Assembly (NCBI GenBank): GCA_963778115.1
Contig: CAVZSV010000004.1
Coordinates: 384,001 to 448,000, forward strand
Direction of reading: 5' to 3'
Origin: an uncultured delta proteobacterium
GTDB taxonomy: Bacteria; Bdellovibrionota; FAC87; UBA2466
Length of the DNA stretch: 64,000 bases
The position numbers and the translations under genes are program-made. The first letter of the stretch is position 1. Every line of letters begins with the position of its first letter. Positions 8,342-18,265 of this stretch are shown in pieces. Under the pieces are notes generated by a model. It saw nothing but the letters and a program-made list of their open reading frames with translations, searched no databases and was not told where the DNA came from.

Positions 8342-10063
8342 TTACTCAACTAATACTGGACTCGGTACCGCCTCGCCGTTGCTTGGCGGAGGTGGTACCG
8401 AGAACCAATTCCCAAATCTACTCTTTGCGATAATTTCTCGTACGCTAGCACGAATCTGAGGATCGTTTTCTAAAGCAGCTAGCGAGACTTCGAGAGGAGC
8501 TCCGGCAGCTTCGAGGATCTTGTCCCGGCACCTGTTAATCATCTCATTTACCACTGTCGCCGTCTCTTGTTCGAATGCGACCATGATTCCGATCACTTTG
8601 GCGGCTGCTTTAGGCACTTGGTTCGGATGAAAACCGACAGCAAGTCTTGCCGGCTTTCCCAGATATTTCATCTGCCCCACCCGCGCTAGTCGCATTTCTC
8701 TAATTACCTTGCGTCCCAAATTTTCGAGCGCAATGTCATGATGTGCCAAGGAATAGGAGAGACTCCCCTCAACGTCCGCATGTCCGACAACCGACTCGCT
8801 CGCTAACATCGTAATGAGATCTCCATTGTAGACCACTCCGGCATGATCAAGCCCCAAATCAAAAAGAAAGTTTGTCGGTGAAAAAACATCTGATACCGGT
8901 TTCAATCCCGCCTTCTTAAGTTGCTCAATCGCGTGCGATCTCATCTTACTCGTAACATACTTGACCGGAAAACCTGCGGCGACCAGAGCGGTCTGAATCA
9001 AAGTAGTGCAAGTCATTTCATCGACGGTGATGTCACCTTCACTGCGATCCCTACCTTGAAAATCGTACGACTTAGGAACCTGGATCATCTTCCAAACCAC
9101 GGAGCTAAGATCACTTTGCATCTTTGGAGTAACGTCTCGAAATCGTCTGACATGAGCGTGATGGACGAATTTACGTGATAGCCACTGTGCCAGCGGAACT
9201 AAGCGATCTCCTCTTTCATGGATCTCAAGAACCATCGGATAACGTTTATTGTCCCTAGGATTTAAAACCATGACAAACAAACCGCAATGCCGCCCGTAGG
9301 GACGAGGGTCAGAAAACCCTTCGAGGAGTCCTTCATCGGTACGATTGAGATCGGCAATTAGAACATCGCCCACCTGGAAATGTAGTCCCCGAAAAAAGAG
9401 GCTATGTTCCCCCGTCATGTCATAGAAACTCTCGTCAAAACCCTTCACATAATAGGTTCCAGGCAAGAAGTAGTTTCTGCCGAAATACGGAACGGGCTTG
9501 CTGATAGGTCTTGGCCCCGCACGCCGAACGGCTTTATCGCCGCCGTTGATTTTCAACCAAGCTCTAGACACAAATTCGGAATCTCCATAATTGGCTAGAA
9601 GCATCGCCAGTTGCTGTCGCGTCGTTGCTAATGGCTGGGAGATCTTATTCAATGCCCCAATGAGTGATGCTATCTGCGCTTGATCGATAAAAGGCCTAAG
9701 CCTATCCAATCGATCCATCCCCCAGACAAACATAGCTTCGTTTGCTGGCCCACCGGAACTCAGAACGATCCGGTTAATAAGATCTTCGCCCGCAAACTCC
9801 TGCCATCCGAAGTAGCGGTACTTGGCCTCAAGTCGCTCCAGCGGGTCCATCTCTTCTGCCATTTGAACTTGATAGAACCGATCCTGAGAAACTGCGATGG
9901 GATCTCGTCCCCTAGCGTCGGTGGCAGCCATGGGATTTCTCCCCGAGACCGCTATTGCCTCACTGAATTGAGCGAACTGCTCTGAGGGAACATCGGCTTG
10001 CGCCAATTGGGTTAAAAAAATTCCAGCGTAAGCCATTACCCATGGCCGTAACGAGTTTAACAA
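8342..10063 (-). CDS. Exported protein with a circularly permuted NlpC/P60 (YiiX/YaeF-like) domain
   Basis: QVGDVLI...HCGLFV...YDF...MTCTTLIQTAL: His before Cys. Signal peptide ending AQA. Confidence 0.65.
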   Translation of the reverse strand: MLNSLRPWVMAYAGIFLTQLAQADVPSEQFAQFSEAIAVSGRNPMAATDARGRDPIAVSQDRFYQVQMAEEMDPLERLEAKYRYFGWQEFAGEDLINRIVLSSGGPANEAMFVWGMDRLDRLRPFIDQAQIASLIGALNKISQPLATTRQQLAMLLANYGDSEFVSRAWLKINGGDKAVRRAGPRPISKPVPYFGRNYFLPGTYYVKGFDESFYDMTGEHSLFFRGLHFQVGDVLIADLNRTDEGLLEGFSDPRPYGRHCGLFVMVLNPRDNKRYPMVLEIHERGDRLVPLAQWLSRKFVHHAHVRRFRDVTPKMQSDLSSVVWKMIQVPKSYDFQGRDRSEGDITVDEMTCTTLIQTALVAAGFPVKYVTSKMRSHAIEQLKKAGLKPVSDVFSPTNFLFDLGLDHAGVVYNGDLITMLASESVVGHADVEGSLSYSLAHHDIALENLGRKVIREMRLARVGQMKYLGKPARLAVGFHPNQVPKAAAKVIGIMVAFEQETATVVNEMINRCRDKILEAAGAPLEVSLAALENDPQIRASVREIIAKSRFGNWFSVPPPPSNGEAVPSPVLVE

Positions 10064-10081
10064 TAGGCAACTCCAGTCATT

Positions 10082-11680
10082 TTAATACAAAGCTTCTAGG
10101 CCCCGCCCTCTTTGAAGAAAAAGAGAATGGGCTGAAACACCATTTGGACTTCCATCTAGGGCTCCAGCGGCGGCATACTGCAGATTCTCGTCGGGTTCTC
10201 CAAATTCCGCCGGCAAACAACCCTTAGCGGTGCTCGAATTCAGGCACGCTTTAGTTTTTTGAAAGCCCATCTCAAAAAGGGGACCGGGCTTACTTTTTCC
10301 CGACAGGGCCAATTCGTCGTAGCCTCCCAGCGACAGCACCATATCCCCCCAGTACTGCGCGTGCTTCTCAAGCTTCACAAAGTCGATATTGGCCATGTCG
10401 AGGAATTTATCTCTTATAAATTGAGGCTTAATAAAGACCCCCGTGCTAAAGACGTAAACGTTAGGAAGCATCCGCTTTAGATCCCGGGCCGCCATCACAT
10501 CGATAAAACCACCAAAATAGATGCGTCGCTTACTCTGCCCCAGATGAGAATTGTCGTTAGCGTCACTGCCTCGGGGATCGGTGGCTTCGCCTACCAAAAG
10601 TTTTCGATAGTCACTCTCCTCTTGGGCGGGAAAGTAGATCGGTTCCGAAGCGGAATAGCGGATGGCATTGGCGTAGTCCTTGGGACCTGTCATTTCCCTA
10701 AGATCGCACTGCCTGTCGGCATACGGAATTTTCTTAAGCAGTTCGAAAAGATCAGACGTCACGAAGAGTGTACATGCTTTTCCCAAGTCCGTTACTTTTT
10801 GGGGCTTCTTTAGAAACGGATTTTCCGCGATAAAGTCCGCCTCTCCATCCGGATCGTCGACGTAATGATGAAAAGCATCTTCATTCCATCGCGGGTAGAA
10901 CGAACCGTAACTAATCTCTTTGATTCCCAAGCCCTTTGTTCCTCTCTGGGTCTGTTCCAGCACCAACAGGGCTCTCTCCGGGTACGTCAGAGTATTTATA
11001 AATTTATTAAACGGAATTCCCTCCCAAACGGCCTTTCGGAACTTGGAAAATAACGGGGCCTCAGCACGGGTCTTATCGATCGCCGCTACCATGGGGACGA
11101 ACATATCTCTGGGTAAATTATCGAGTGACTCAAAATTAGATGTCAGAACGGCAAAAGGGATTTTGGGTTTCAAACATCCCACTTTCCCGATCTCGTCCAT
11201 GCTCTGGACCCCAAGAGCGACTTTAATGTACGGCTCCAAATTGTTGGGATTTAGCCATGGAAGCATCCCCATAGAGAGAGCCTTCATCATATTGCTGGGA
11301 TTCTCATTTTCGCGAAGTTCCGCGAGCGCTGTCGAAATCCCGTTACGTTCCTTGGCCAGAACCTCCTTCACGTAATCTATCGAGGCGTTAGAGACGCCGT
11401 GGCATCCGAAGTAGACGGCGAGAATCGATCCTGAACTATTAGAGGTCAGCACCACATTTTCATCAGCGTTAGCCCCTTGCCACAGTTTCAGCTTTTCCGT
11501 AAGTGCCGCCACTGCCCCAACATCAATTGAGAGATAGGTCCCTTTGCCGCCGAAAGCGACTAAGAGCTTGGCGGTGGCTAAATCGCCTTTTGCCTGCGTG
11601 CTAGCAAAGGCAACGAGAATAAGAGTAACCGCTACAATAGAAGTCATTACGTTATTTGTCTTTTTTATGAATGAGTTCAT
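10082..11680 (-). CDS. Exported divergent patatin-like protein
   Basis: VAFGGKG (Gly-rich loop), TSNSSGSI (nucleophile elbow), AIRYSASEPIYFP, then YFGG where DGG is expected. Confidence 0.6.
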   Translation of the reverse strand: MNSFIKKTNNVMTSIVAVTLILVAFASTQAKGDLATAKLLVAFGGKGTYLSIDVGAVAALTEKLKLWQGANADENVVLTSNSSGSILAVYFGCHGVSNASIDYVKEVLAKERNGISTALAELRENENPSNMMKALSMGMLPWLNPNNLEPYIKVALGVQSMDEIGKVGCLKPKIPFAVLTSNFESLDNLPRDMFVPMVAAIDKTRAEAPLFSKFRKAVWEGIPFNKFINTLTYPERALLVLEQTQRGTKGLGIKEISYGSFYPRWNEDAFHHYVDDPDGEADFIAENPFLKKPQKVTDLGKACTLFVTSDLFELLKKIPYADRQCDLREMTGPKDYANAIRYSASEPIYFPAQEESDYRKLLVGEATDPRGSDANDNSHLGQSKRRIYFGGFIDVMAARDLKRMLPNVYVFSTGVFIKPQFIRDKFLDMANIDFVKLEKHAQYWGDMVLSLGGYDELALSGKSKPGPLFEMGFQKTKACLNSSTAKGCLPAEFGEPDENLQYAAAGALDGSPNGVSAHSLFLQRGRGLEALY

Positions 11681-13580
11681 AGGTAGCCCACCCTCCCGAT
11701 AGCGTTACGTTGGTAACGGATATGTTTCCGATATTTCCGATCGGCTCCATGTGAATATCGTATTGCTTGGTTTGTAACACCGGACGGAAAAATCGTTCGC
11801 CGATCTCCTTCAGCGGTTGATCTCCAATCGCGCATTCAGCCCCTTTAATGACACGAACTTCGCCTTCTCGAACTAGGCGGATTGGCGCATTTTTCGGTTT
11901 CTCCATGCGATAGATCGCCGAAAGGCCCGCCGATCCCACATAATTATTTCTTCCAATGGAAAACTCTTGGAGCCGTACCCCCAAGGACATCAAACCTGCT
12001 TCGTAACGAACTTCGAAAGGTCTGCGGGTCGATAGCTTCACTGAAGCCAAAGCCTGATCTTCTAGCTCATATTCTGGAGGGATGGAAAACAGCTTTCCGA
12101 AAAACTTCTCTTTGAATTCAGCTTCAGAGATAACTCTTCCAGCGAACATCGGATTTAAGTTCAATAAGGCCGACTCTTCCGCCAAAATAACGATAGAACT
12201 CTCTTTTCTGATGGGGAGGGTGGGCCATGTCCCCGAAGGAAGCTGAAATTTATTCGCAAACTTGGCTTCGATGCGAAGCAAATCGGCTCTGGTCGAAAAT
12301 GCCATTTGCGGAAAAAGGCCCGCACGTTCTAGCGGCTGTTTGAAGCTTTCGTTGTAATAGTTGTTGATACCAGAAGTCCTTTCCAAGGTTTGCACTTCGA
12401 GCTCCTTTCGAATTTTCTCCTCGGCCTGAGGCTGGCGCTTCCCTTCCAATTTTTCGGCCTCCTTAGTGCCCTTCCGGTAGGTAATTGCCGCTCGAATCTG
12501 TCCCTTAAAAAGCAGCCCCTCCCGAAAAGGGGTGAAAGAGGCACCTGTAGGAACGGTATCCACTATTTTGGAAACAATAGCAGCTGCTCCCGTGCCTACG
12601 CCTTGAGCATTGAAAATAATGGGAACGATAACGTCAGTAGAGTTCATCACCCGCCCCTTAAATTGAGCCGTTCCCCTTTTTCGTCCAATCGTCGTAATGG
12701 TATCCATTTGTACTTCGGCATTCGCAACGATGGCGACATCCGCCCGGTCCGCATTGGATTTGAAAACGACAGAAGCGGAGGCTCGCTTCATTTTCCCCTT
12801 CCCGTCGAGATGCCCGGCGGGAACGGGCTGGTGAACCTCAATGGATTTGTCCGATTTTAGCGGACGCTCAGAGACCAAATCATCGAGAAGCTGCTTGCGT
12901 ACAAAGAAGACTTGATTGGGAACCCAAAAAATGCCGCGAAGGGCGGCGCAAAGTTTCGGAGCTTGCGCTCTGTCCATGAACCATTCGTACCCAAGACGAA
13001 TCTGCCTAACTGCCGCCGTTAACTCTAATTCGTTAGAGCTACCCGCCCGCAAAATTTCAACTGCCCGAGATAATTTTTCGATTTGGCTTTCAGCGTGCGC
13101 GGTGAGTTCCCTGTCATCGTTACTTCGAACCACGCAAAGGTAGTCTTGAAGGCCGGCCCTGACGGACGCAAGTTCCACAGCCATTAGCCCCGGATAGTTT
13201 CCCCCCAAAAAAGGAACAACGAGCGCTTCCCAAGCGCTCGCAGACTGTTCTTGATGCAGGAATTCTTTGATCCGATCGAGTGCAAACTCTTTACGAACCT
13301 GAAGTCTCTGACGGCCATTGAATTCGGGTGCCGTCTTAATTCGAGCAAGAACCGCATCCAGCCTAGCCTCAAAGTCGTCTTTGATTTGAGAGACCTTATC
13401 AGAGGGAATATACCCAACTTCCGAAGAAGCCCTTTGGATAGTCGAGACCAGAGCATTCAAATCGGTATCCGGAGCAAGGATCCTAGTACCGTTATCCGCG
13501 CCTTCGCTTCTGGCTAAGCAGGAACACGCTATCCACAGCGTGACCATCCCACTCAAGAATACAGAGTTGCGACCTTCCAT
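11652..13580 (-). CDS. Large exported hypothetical protein (helical N-terminus, beta-rich C-terminus)
   Basis: 642-aa ORF with a signal peptide. Overlaps the start of the next gene, suggesting an operon. Confidence 0.8.
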   Translation of the reverse strand: MEGRNSVFLSGMVTLWIACSCLARSEGADNGTRILAPDTDLNALVSTIQRASSEVGYIPSDKVSQIKDDFEARLDAVLARIKTAPEFNGRQRLQVRKEFALDRIKEFLHQEQSASAWEALVVPFLGGNYPGLMAVELASVRAGLQDYLCVVRSNDDRELTAHAESQIEKLSRAVEILRAGSSNELELTAAVRQIRLGYEWFMDRAQAPKLCAALRGIFWVPNQVFFVRKQLLDDLVSERPLKSDKSIEVHQPVPAGHLDGKGKMKRASASVVFKSNADRADVAIVANAEVQMDTITTIGRKRGTAQFKGRVMNSTDVIVPIIFNAQGVGTGAAAIVSKIVDTVPTGASFTPFREGLLFKGQIRAAITYRKGTKEAEKLEGKRQPQAEEKIRKELEVQTLERTSGINNYYNESFKQPLERAGLFPQMAFSTRADLLRIEAKFANKFQLPSGTWPTLPIRKESSIVILAEESALLNLNPMFAGRVISEAEFKEKFFGKLFSIPPEYELEDQALASVKLSTRRPFEVRYEAGLMSLGVRLQEFSIGRNNYVGSAGLSAIYRMEKPKNAPIRLVREGEVRVIKGAECAIGDQPLKEIGERFFRPVLQTKQYDIHMEPIGNIGNISVTNVTLSGGWATYELIHKKDK

Positions 13581-13783
13581 CTGCCGTCATTTCTCCCGCG
13601 CTTATTGTTGTGATCCCCACGTTCGCGGGTACCATATTTTGATGCATCGTGTAAATCATTCTTCCTTCTCAGAATGAAGATCCTGTGGCTCCAAACCCCT
13701 TTGGTTTCTAGAGCGCTCACTGGGTTACTGCTTTACGATCGAGCAATAGTGGGTGTACCCAGAAGGCTTTGCGGAGAGACCCA

Positions 13784-15133
13784 ATGAAATTCAAAACGCC
13801 TCTACAGAATCTTGCTAACCTGTTGATACTAACCGGCTCTCTACTCTCGACGGGAATCTTCGCCGATATAACCGAAGTTCGAGTGTTGCATACTGAAGTT
13901 TTCCCAGCGGCTAAAGAACCGGCCCCGGCCGACGACACCGTTCTAGTGACAAAATATCGCTCCTTTTCCCAAAGCGTTCGCCCTATTAAGCGCTGCCTAC
14001 TCGTTCACGGATACGGAATGGCAAATAAGACCGTTGAACTTTTGAAGCTTCCTTTGATGTCGCAGCTCTATCTAAACTCTTACTTTGGCGATTACTTAAT
14101 ATCGGGCTTGGCCAAGAATGCTTGCGATGAAGTGGTCATGACAATCACCGAAACTGCCCAAACCTCCCTTCTCGAATACACTCGCAAGATCGAAAGAGTA
14201 TTAAAGGACTCCGTATGCAACGTTGCCCAGAGCGAGTTGGCGGAAAACCAAAAACCGTGCGCTCTGGTTGGCCATTCGTTGGGCGGAGCCGTAGCCACCG
14301 CTATCGCTCGCCGGTGCATGGAGGCCGAAAACGGTGAGTCGGAATTGGCAGAGAGCGGATGCCGTGGACTTGCCAAGATTTACTCTCTTGCCGGTGACGT
14401 AACCGGAACGACCGCCACGGCCCTTTTGGCCGGTGCACGAAAATTGAAAGACACCGTCGCCATTAGCGATCTCGATTCGGTGATTCATCTAGGAATCGTG
14501 ACCCTGCTTGAGCAGGCCGCTCAAGTACAGATGAACATTGTGGGAGATTTTATTCCGGGCCGCACCAATCCTTTGTGGCTAGATTTGGGGCCGGCCGCCC
14601 CCATGGAAAAGAACCTGCCTTTGTATGCGCAGACTCACGATCTCGTCCTTGAAAAACGCGGATGGCTGGAAGGGGACTATGCCGCTTCGGCTGGGATTTT
14701 CGCTTATAAAGACATAAATGAAGTTCAAACCGTCGGTTGTGGACAACGTCGTGCAGAGGTTGTTTTCGCAAAGCCCGCGATTCGCTTTGCTGCCTTAACC
14801 TGCAAAGCCTTTGGAGCCGCAGCCGGTCGAATTCATCTGCCTTCTTACCGAAGCCTCTTCGAGGATGGCGTAGCCGATTTCGGCGCCACCGTTGCTGGAT
14901 TAAAAGATCTCTCGAAGGGTTCCACCTTTACTTGGCAAAACTTTCAGCAGTCCGATGGTCTAGTGGATAAAGAGACAGCACTTCGAGTTTGTCTTAATAG
15001 CGAAAAAACCGACAAAAATCCCCGGGGAGCGGCAACTCATTGCCAGATATTCGATAACGTTAATCACTTGGCGATGTCGGGAGGAGCTTTAGAAGTCGCT
15101 GACGATGTTATCGCACAGCTAGCGCAAAAATAG
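13784..15133 (+). CDS. Exported Cys-rich alpha/beta hydrolase (lipase-like), paralog 1
   Basis: LLVHGYG, VGHSLGG, QSDGLV, VNHLAM give a Ser-Asp-His triad. Signal peptide from MKFK. Confidence 0.85.
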   Translation: MKFKTPLQNLANLLILTGSLLSTGIFADITEVRVLHTEVFPAAKEPAPADDTVLVTKYRSFSQSVRPIKRCLLVHGYGMANKTVELLKLPLMSQLYLNSYFGDYLISGLAKNACDEVVMTITETAQTSLLEYTRKIERVLKDSVCNVAQSELAENQKPCALVGHSLGGAVATAIARRCMEAENGESELAESGCRGLAKIYSLAGDVTGTTATALLAGARKLKDTVAISDLDSVIHLGIVTLLEQAAQVQMNIVGDFIPGRTNPLWLDLGPAAPMEKNLPLYAQTHDLVLEKRGWLEGDYAASAGIFAYKDINEVQTVGCGQRRAEVVFAKPAIRFAALTCKAFGAAAGRIHLPSYRSLFEDGVADFGATVAGLKDLSKGSTFTWQNFQQSDGLVDKETALRVCLNSEKTDKNPRGAATHCQIFDNVNHLAMSGGALEVADDVIAQLAQK

Positions 15134-15201
15134 CCGCTTCATTGAAATTAGGCAAAATCGCTCCTGGTGACGTCTATCGAATTCGTGTATACGGCGGTTT
15201 A

Positions 15202-16695
15202 ATGAAGGTTTTGACCAGAACTTACCTACTTTTTTTCGCACTTTTTGCGCCGAACCTTGCGCAGGCGGATAAAGTCCAAAAATACGTCTCGGAAATCCCC
15301 GCGCAGGCCACTGTGCCCCTTCGGGTTTCAGGAGACATCTTCTTTCGCCCCTTTCATCACCACGATGCGAATCCCCGCCGCTTTAAGCGCTGCGCTTTGA
15401 TTCACGGTTACGGAATGGGTCAGAAGATGATGGACCTGCTCTTTGGCCCCACCAAGAATCGAACGGAGGCAAAAATTGCTCAGATGGCCATCAACCTTCA
15501 ATTGAAGGATACGGCCCAGGCTGCCGCCGAAATGACCCTGGGACCGGAATTCATCGATCGCATGGCAAAGGAAGTTTGCGAAGAGGTTTATGCCCCCATC
15601 CAAGAAACAGTCCAGACTTCTCTGCTGGAGATGGTGCAAAGAACAGAAATGTTTCTTAAACAGTTCGTTTGTGATTTCGATCCTAGAACACTGGCTTCGG
15701 GTCAAAGAGGTTGCGCCCTCTTTGGCGTCTCAAAAGGGGGAGCTGCGGTGACTCACCTGATGCGAAGGTGCATGGAAGGCGCACAAGGAGCTTCCTTGCT
15801 GGGAGAGAGAGGATGTAAAAATATCGGCAAGATATATTCCGCCGGAGGTGTCATTGAAGGGGTAGCAGCTTCTGCACTTGTCCTTGGGGCAAAGGTTCAA
15901 CACAGAGATGATCTAATGACACAGATTATTCAGATTCTCTCTGGCGGCATCATACAGGACGCCGAACACGCCCGCAGTTTTGGTTTTGATCTCACCTCTG
16001 ATTACGAAGTCGGAAAGACTAATCCGGGCTGGCTAGACCTAAGTCCGGTAGCCCCCATGGAAAACGATATTCCAGTTCTGGTAAAGGCCCGCCAAATCCC
16101 TTTGCACCGAACGGGGTGGTTTCGCGGCGAATATACGGCAGCGGCTTCAAGGCACCTCTTTAATGACGAAATCCCTTCCGTCATCAGTTCAGGAACCAGA
16201 TGGCGCCCTAATTACCGTACCGTTCTTTCTATTCTCCATAATATCGAAATTCTCTCAGGCAAGAATCGGGAAAAAGCCGAGGTGGCTTCTGAAACCGAAG
16301 CTACCGTAAAGGAGATGGAAAAAAGGCCTCCTCCTTTTATCAGGATGCTAGATAAAAGCTGCGCGACTTTCGGCTCGCAAATCTATCTTCTGCATACGAC
16401 CGAATGGAAGCCGGTCCTAGAAAAAGGAGTCCAAGCGCTTTTGGACTTTAGCGCCTCACGCCCCCAAGGAAACTCTTTGGATTTGGAACAACTGCTGAGT
16501 TGGGACCGTTTCCAAGTGTCTGACGGCTTGGTAGATTATTCGCTCTCCTTGGATTATTGCTGGCGGGCGCTCAAAGCAAATACCGGCCTCGTCAAAAGTT
16601 GTCGATCCTTTGAAAATCCCGCTCTGAACCATTTTGCGATGGGGGGGAGTGCGCTAGAACTCTCGGCCGATGTAGTAGGCTTTTTCACGGAATAG
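15202..16695 (+). CDS. Exported Cys-rich alpha/beta hydrolase (lipase-like), paralog 2
   Basis: LIHGYG, FGVSKGG, VSDGLV, LNHFAM. Signal peptide MKVL...AQA. Colinear with the upstream paralog. Confidence 0.85.
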   Translation: MKVLTRTYLLFFALFAPNLAQADKVQKYVSEIPAQATVPLRVSGDIFFRPFHHHDANPRRFKRCALIHGYGMGQKMMDLLFGPTKNRTEAKIAQMAINLQLKDTAQAAAEMTLGPEFIDRMAKEVCEEVYAPIQETVQTSLLEMVQRTEMFLKQFVCDFDPRTLASGQRGCALFGVSKGGAAVTHLMRRCMEGAQGASLLGERGCKNIGKIYSAGGVIEGVAASALVLGAKVQHRDDLMTQIIQILSGGIIQDAEHARSFGFDLTSDYEVGKTNPGWLDLSPVAPMENDIPVLVKARQIPLHRTGWFRGEYTAAASRHLFNDEIPSVISSGTRWRPNYRTVLSILHNIEILSGKNREKAEVASETEATVKEMEKRPPPFIRMLDKSCATFGSQIYLLHTTEWKPVLEKGVQALLDFSASRPQGNSLDLEQLLSWDRFQVSDGLVDYSLSLDYCWRALKANTGLVKSCRSFENPALNHFAMGGSALELSADVVGFFTE

Positions 16696-16755
16696 GGTTA
16701 AGGGTTAACCCCCAGGGATTCAGCGCTGACCCTAAAATCCGAAGGAGTAGCAAGT

Positions 16756-17502
16756 ATGCGAAAAGTATTCTTTGCCGGGCTAATATTATTGCAAACCACT
16801 AGCCTCAAAGCGGAGGTGCCCGATGTTGGCTCTACTGCTTCTCCTCCCCCTTCTCATTCCCATCCGTCTCCCACTTATCAGATGCTAAGAAATAACCAAT
16901 TTCAATCGGCGCAACAGCGAATCGCTTTGGAAATGGCTGTAGCGATTGCCGAAGTGGAGCTTACCAAAGCCCGTGGGTTGAATCAGATTAATGTCGATAC
17001 CGCAGCGGAAGACCCCAGAGCCGTTGCTAAACTACCCGCAAAAAAAACGGTAATGCTTCTAAGAGCTGCCGAACTGACGCTAGACGAAGCCAAAGCCCTT
17101 CGAGATATGGCAGCGTGGCAGGAATGGTGTTGGAATGCGCAAGCTTCACTCATCGTCGGAGGGAGTGTCCCTGATGAGGACATGGCAAATGGTTACGACA
17201 AACTTTGGCAAGCCACCGAACGAGCGGCCCTAATTGCGATCGAAAGAGCGACCGTTCAAAGAGATTTCGCGACTGAGAATCATGCGGTAATCCAAAGCCT
17301 GTTCGCACAGGGTGCAGAAAACAAGCTCGACGTCCTTACGGCCAAAGCGGATTTAGACAAGGCTTGTGCTTCTGTGGTGGGAGCTCGGTCCCTGGCGGCG
17401 CAAGCTAGACTCGTCCGCGAAACTTTCCTTTCGGTGGAAAAGCAGGTTCTCTCCCCCCCTTCCAGTAATGCTCCACCCACCCCTGATCCCACTTCGATGT
17501 GA
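16756..17502 (+). CDS. Exported alpha-helical protein with TolC/HlyD-like helical hairpin motifs
   Basis: AAGGAG SD, signal peptide. LFAQGAENKLDVLTAKADLDKA resembles OEP/HlyD coiled-coil turns. Confidence 0.65.
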   Translation: MRKVFFAGLILLQTTSLKAEVPDVGSTASPPPSHSHPSPTYQMLRNNQFQSAQQRIALEMAVAIAEVELTKARGLNQINVDTAAEDPRAVAKLPAKKTVMLLRAAELTLDEAKALRDMAAWQEWCWNAQASLIVGGSVPDEDMANGYDKLWQATERAALIAIERATVQRDFATENHAVIQSLFAQGAENKLDVLTAKADLDKACASVVGARSLAAQARLVRETFLSVEKQVLSPPSSNAPPTPDPTSM

Positions 17503-17604
17503 GACCTACAGCGACTCGCTTGGTCTACCGCGTCGTCCTTTGCTAAGCGCCTAACTCCGAAATAGGCTTCGCCCATCGGGTTCGGTTCAAAGGGGGCTTA
17601 GTTT

Positions 17605-18265
17605 ATGGTGAGGATACTTTTTGCCGCTTTTCTTTTTTCTTTTGCTTCGATTCTATTTGGAGCAAATGATTTATCTGTCCACGCCTCCTCGGCCACTTCT
17701 TTGATGCTAACCAATCGTCAACTCGAAGCAGAACGCACGCGAATTACTCGAGATGCAGAGGTCTCGGAAGATCTAATCGAACTCTCGCGAGCCCAACAGA
17801 CTTACGAGCTCTTTGCCGGAGTAATCGCGAAAGATCCTAGCGCGATTCCAGAAATCGCATTTCAGAAAGCGACCATGCTGCTACAAGCGGCTAGCTTGAA
17901 AGTCGAGGAATCCAGGGCTCTATGACAGGCCGCGATCGCAGAGGAGTTAGTTTGGGAGTGGCAGGCTAAGATCTCCCTCGGAGAATCGGTCTCTCAAGAA
18001 CAACTTCAGAACGAATACGAACAGATTTGGCAGTCTCAATTGGCGGCAGCGAACTTCGCCGTGGAGCGCACCACCGTACAACGTGATTTCGCCCAGGCGT
18101 TTGAAATTAAGATTGCTAGTTCACTTTCGAAGGGCACGTCAAGCGAGCTCGATTTAGTGATGCCAAAAACGATTGGCAAGTCGCCTCCAGTGCGGTCACC
18201 GCAGCGCAAACGCAACGAGAGCTTGCCCAAAAGGCCCTGGCTGATTTTCGAACTACACTGCTAAC
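17605..18265 (+). pseudogene. Disrupted paralog of 16756..17502
   Basis: In-frame TGA at 17923 aligns with CGA(Arg) in the paralog. Similarity continues after it (VERTTVQRDFA vs IERATVQRDFA). One-base frameshift at ~18162. Confidence 0.85.

Noticed and set aside
17923..17925. In-frame TGA as selenocysteine or recoded Trp, given selD in the window
   Set aside because: It aligns with CGA(Arg) in the paralog, a frameshift follows, and TGA is used as a normal stop elsewhere (rpoB, clpB, cls).
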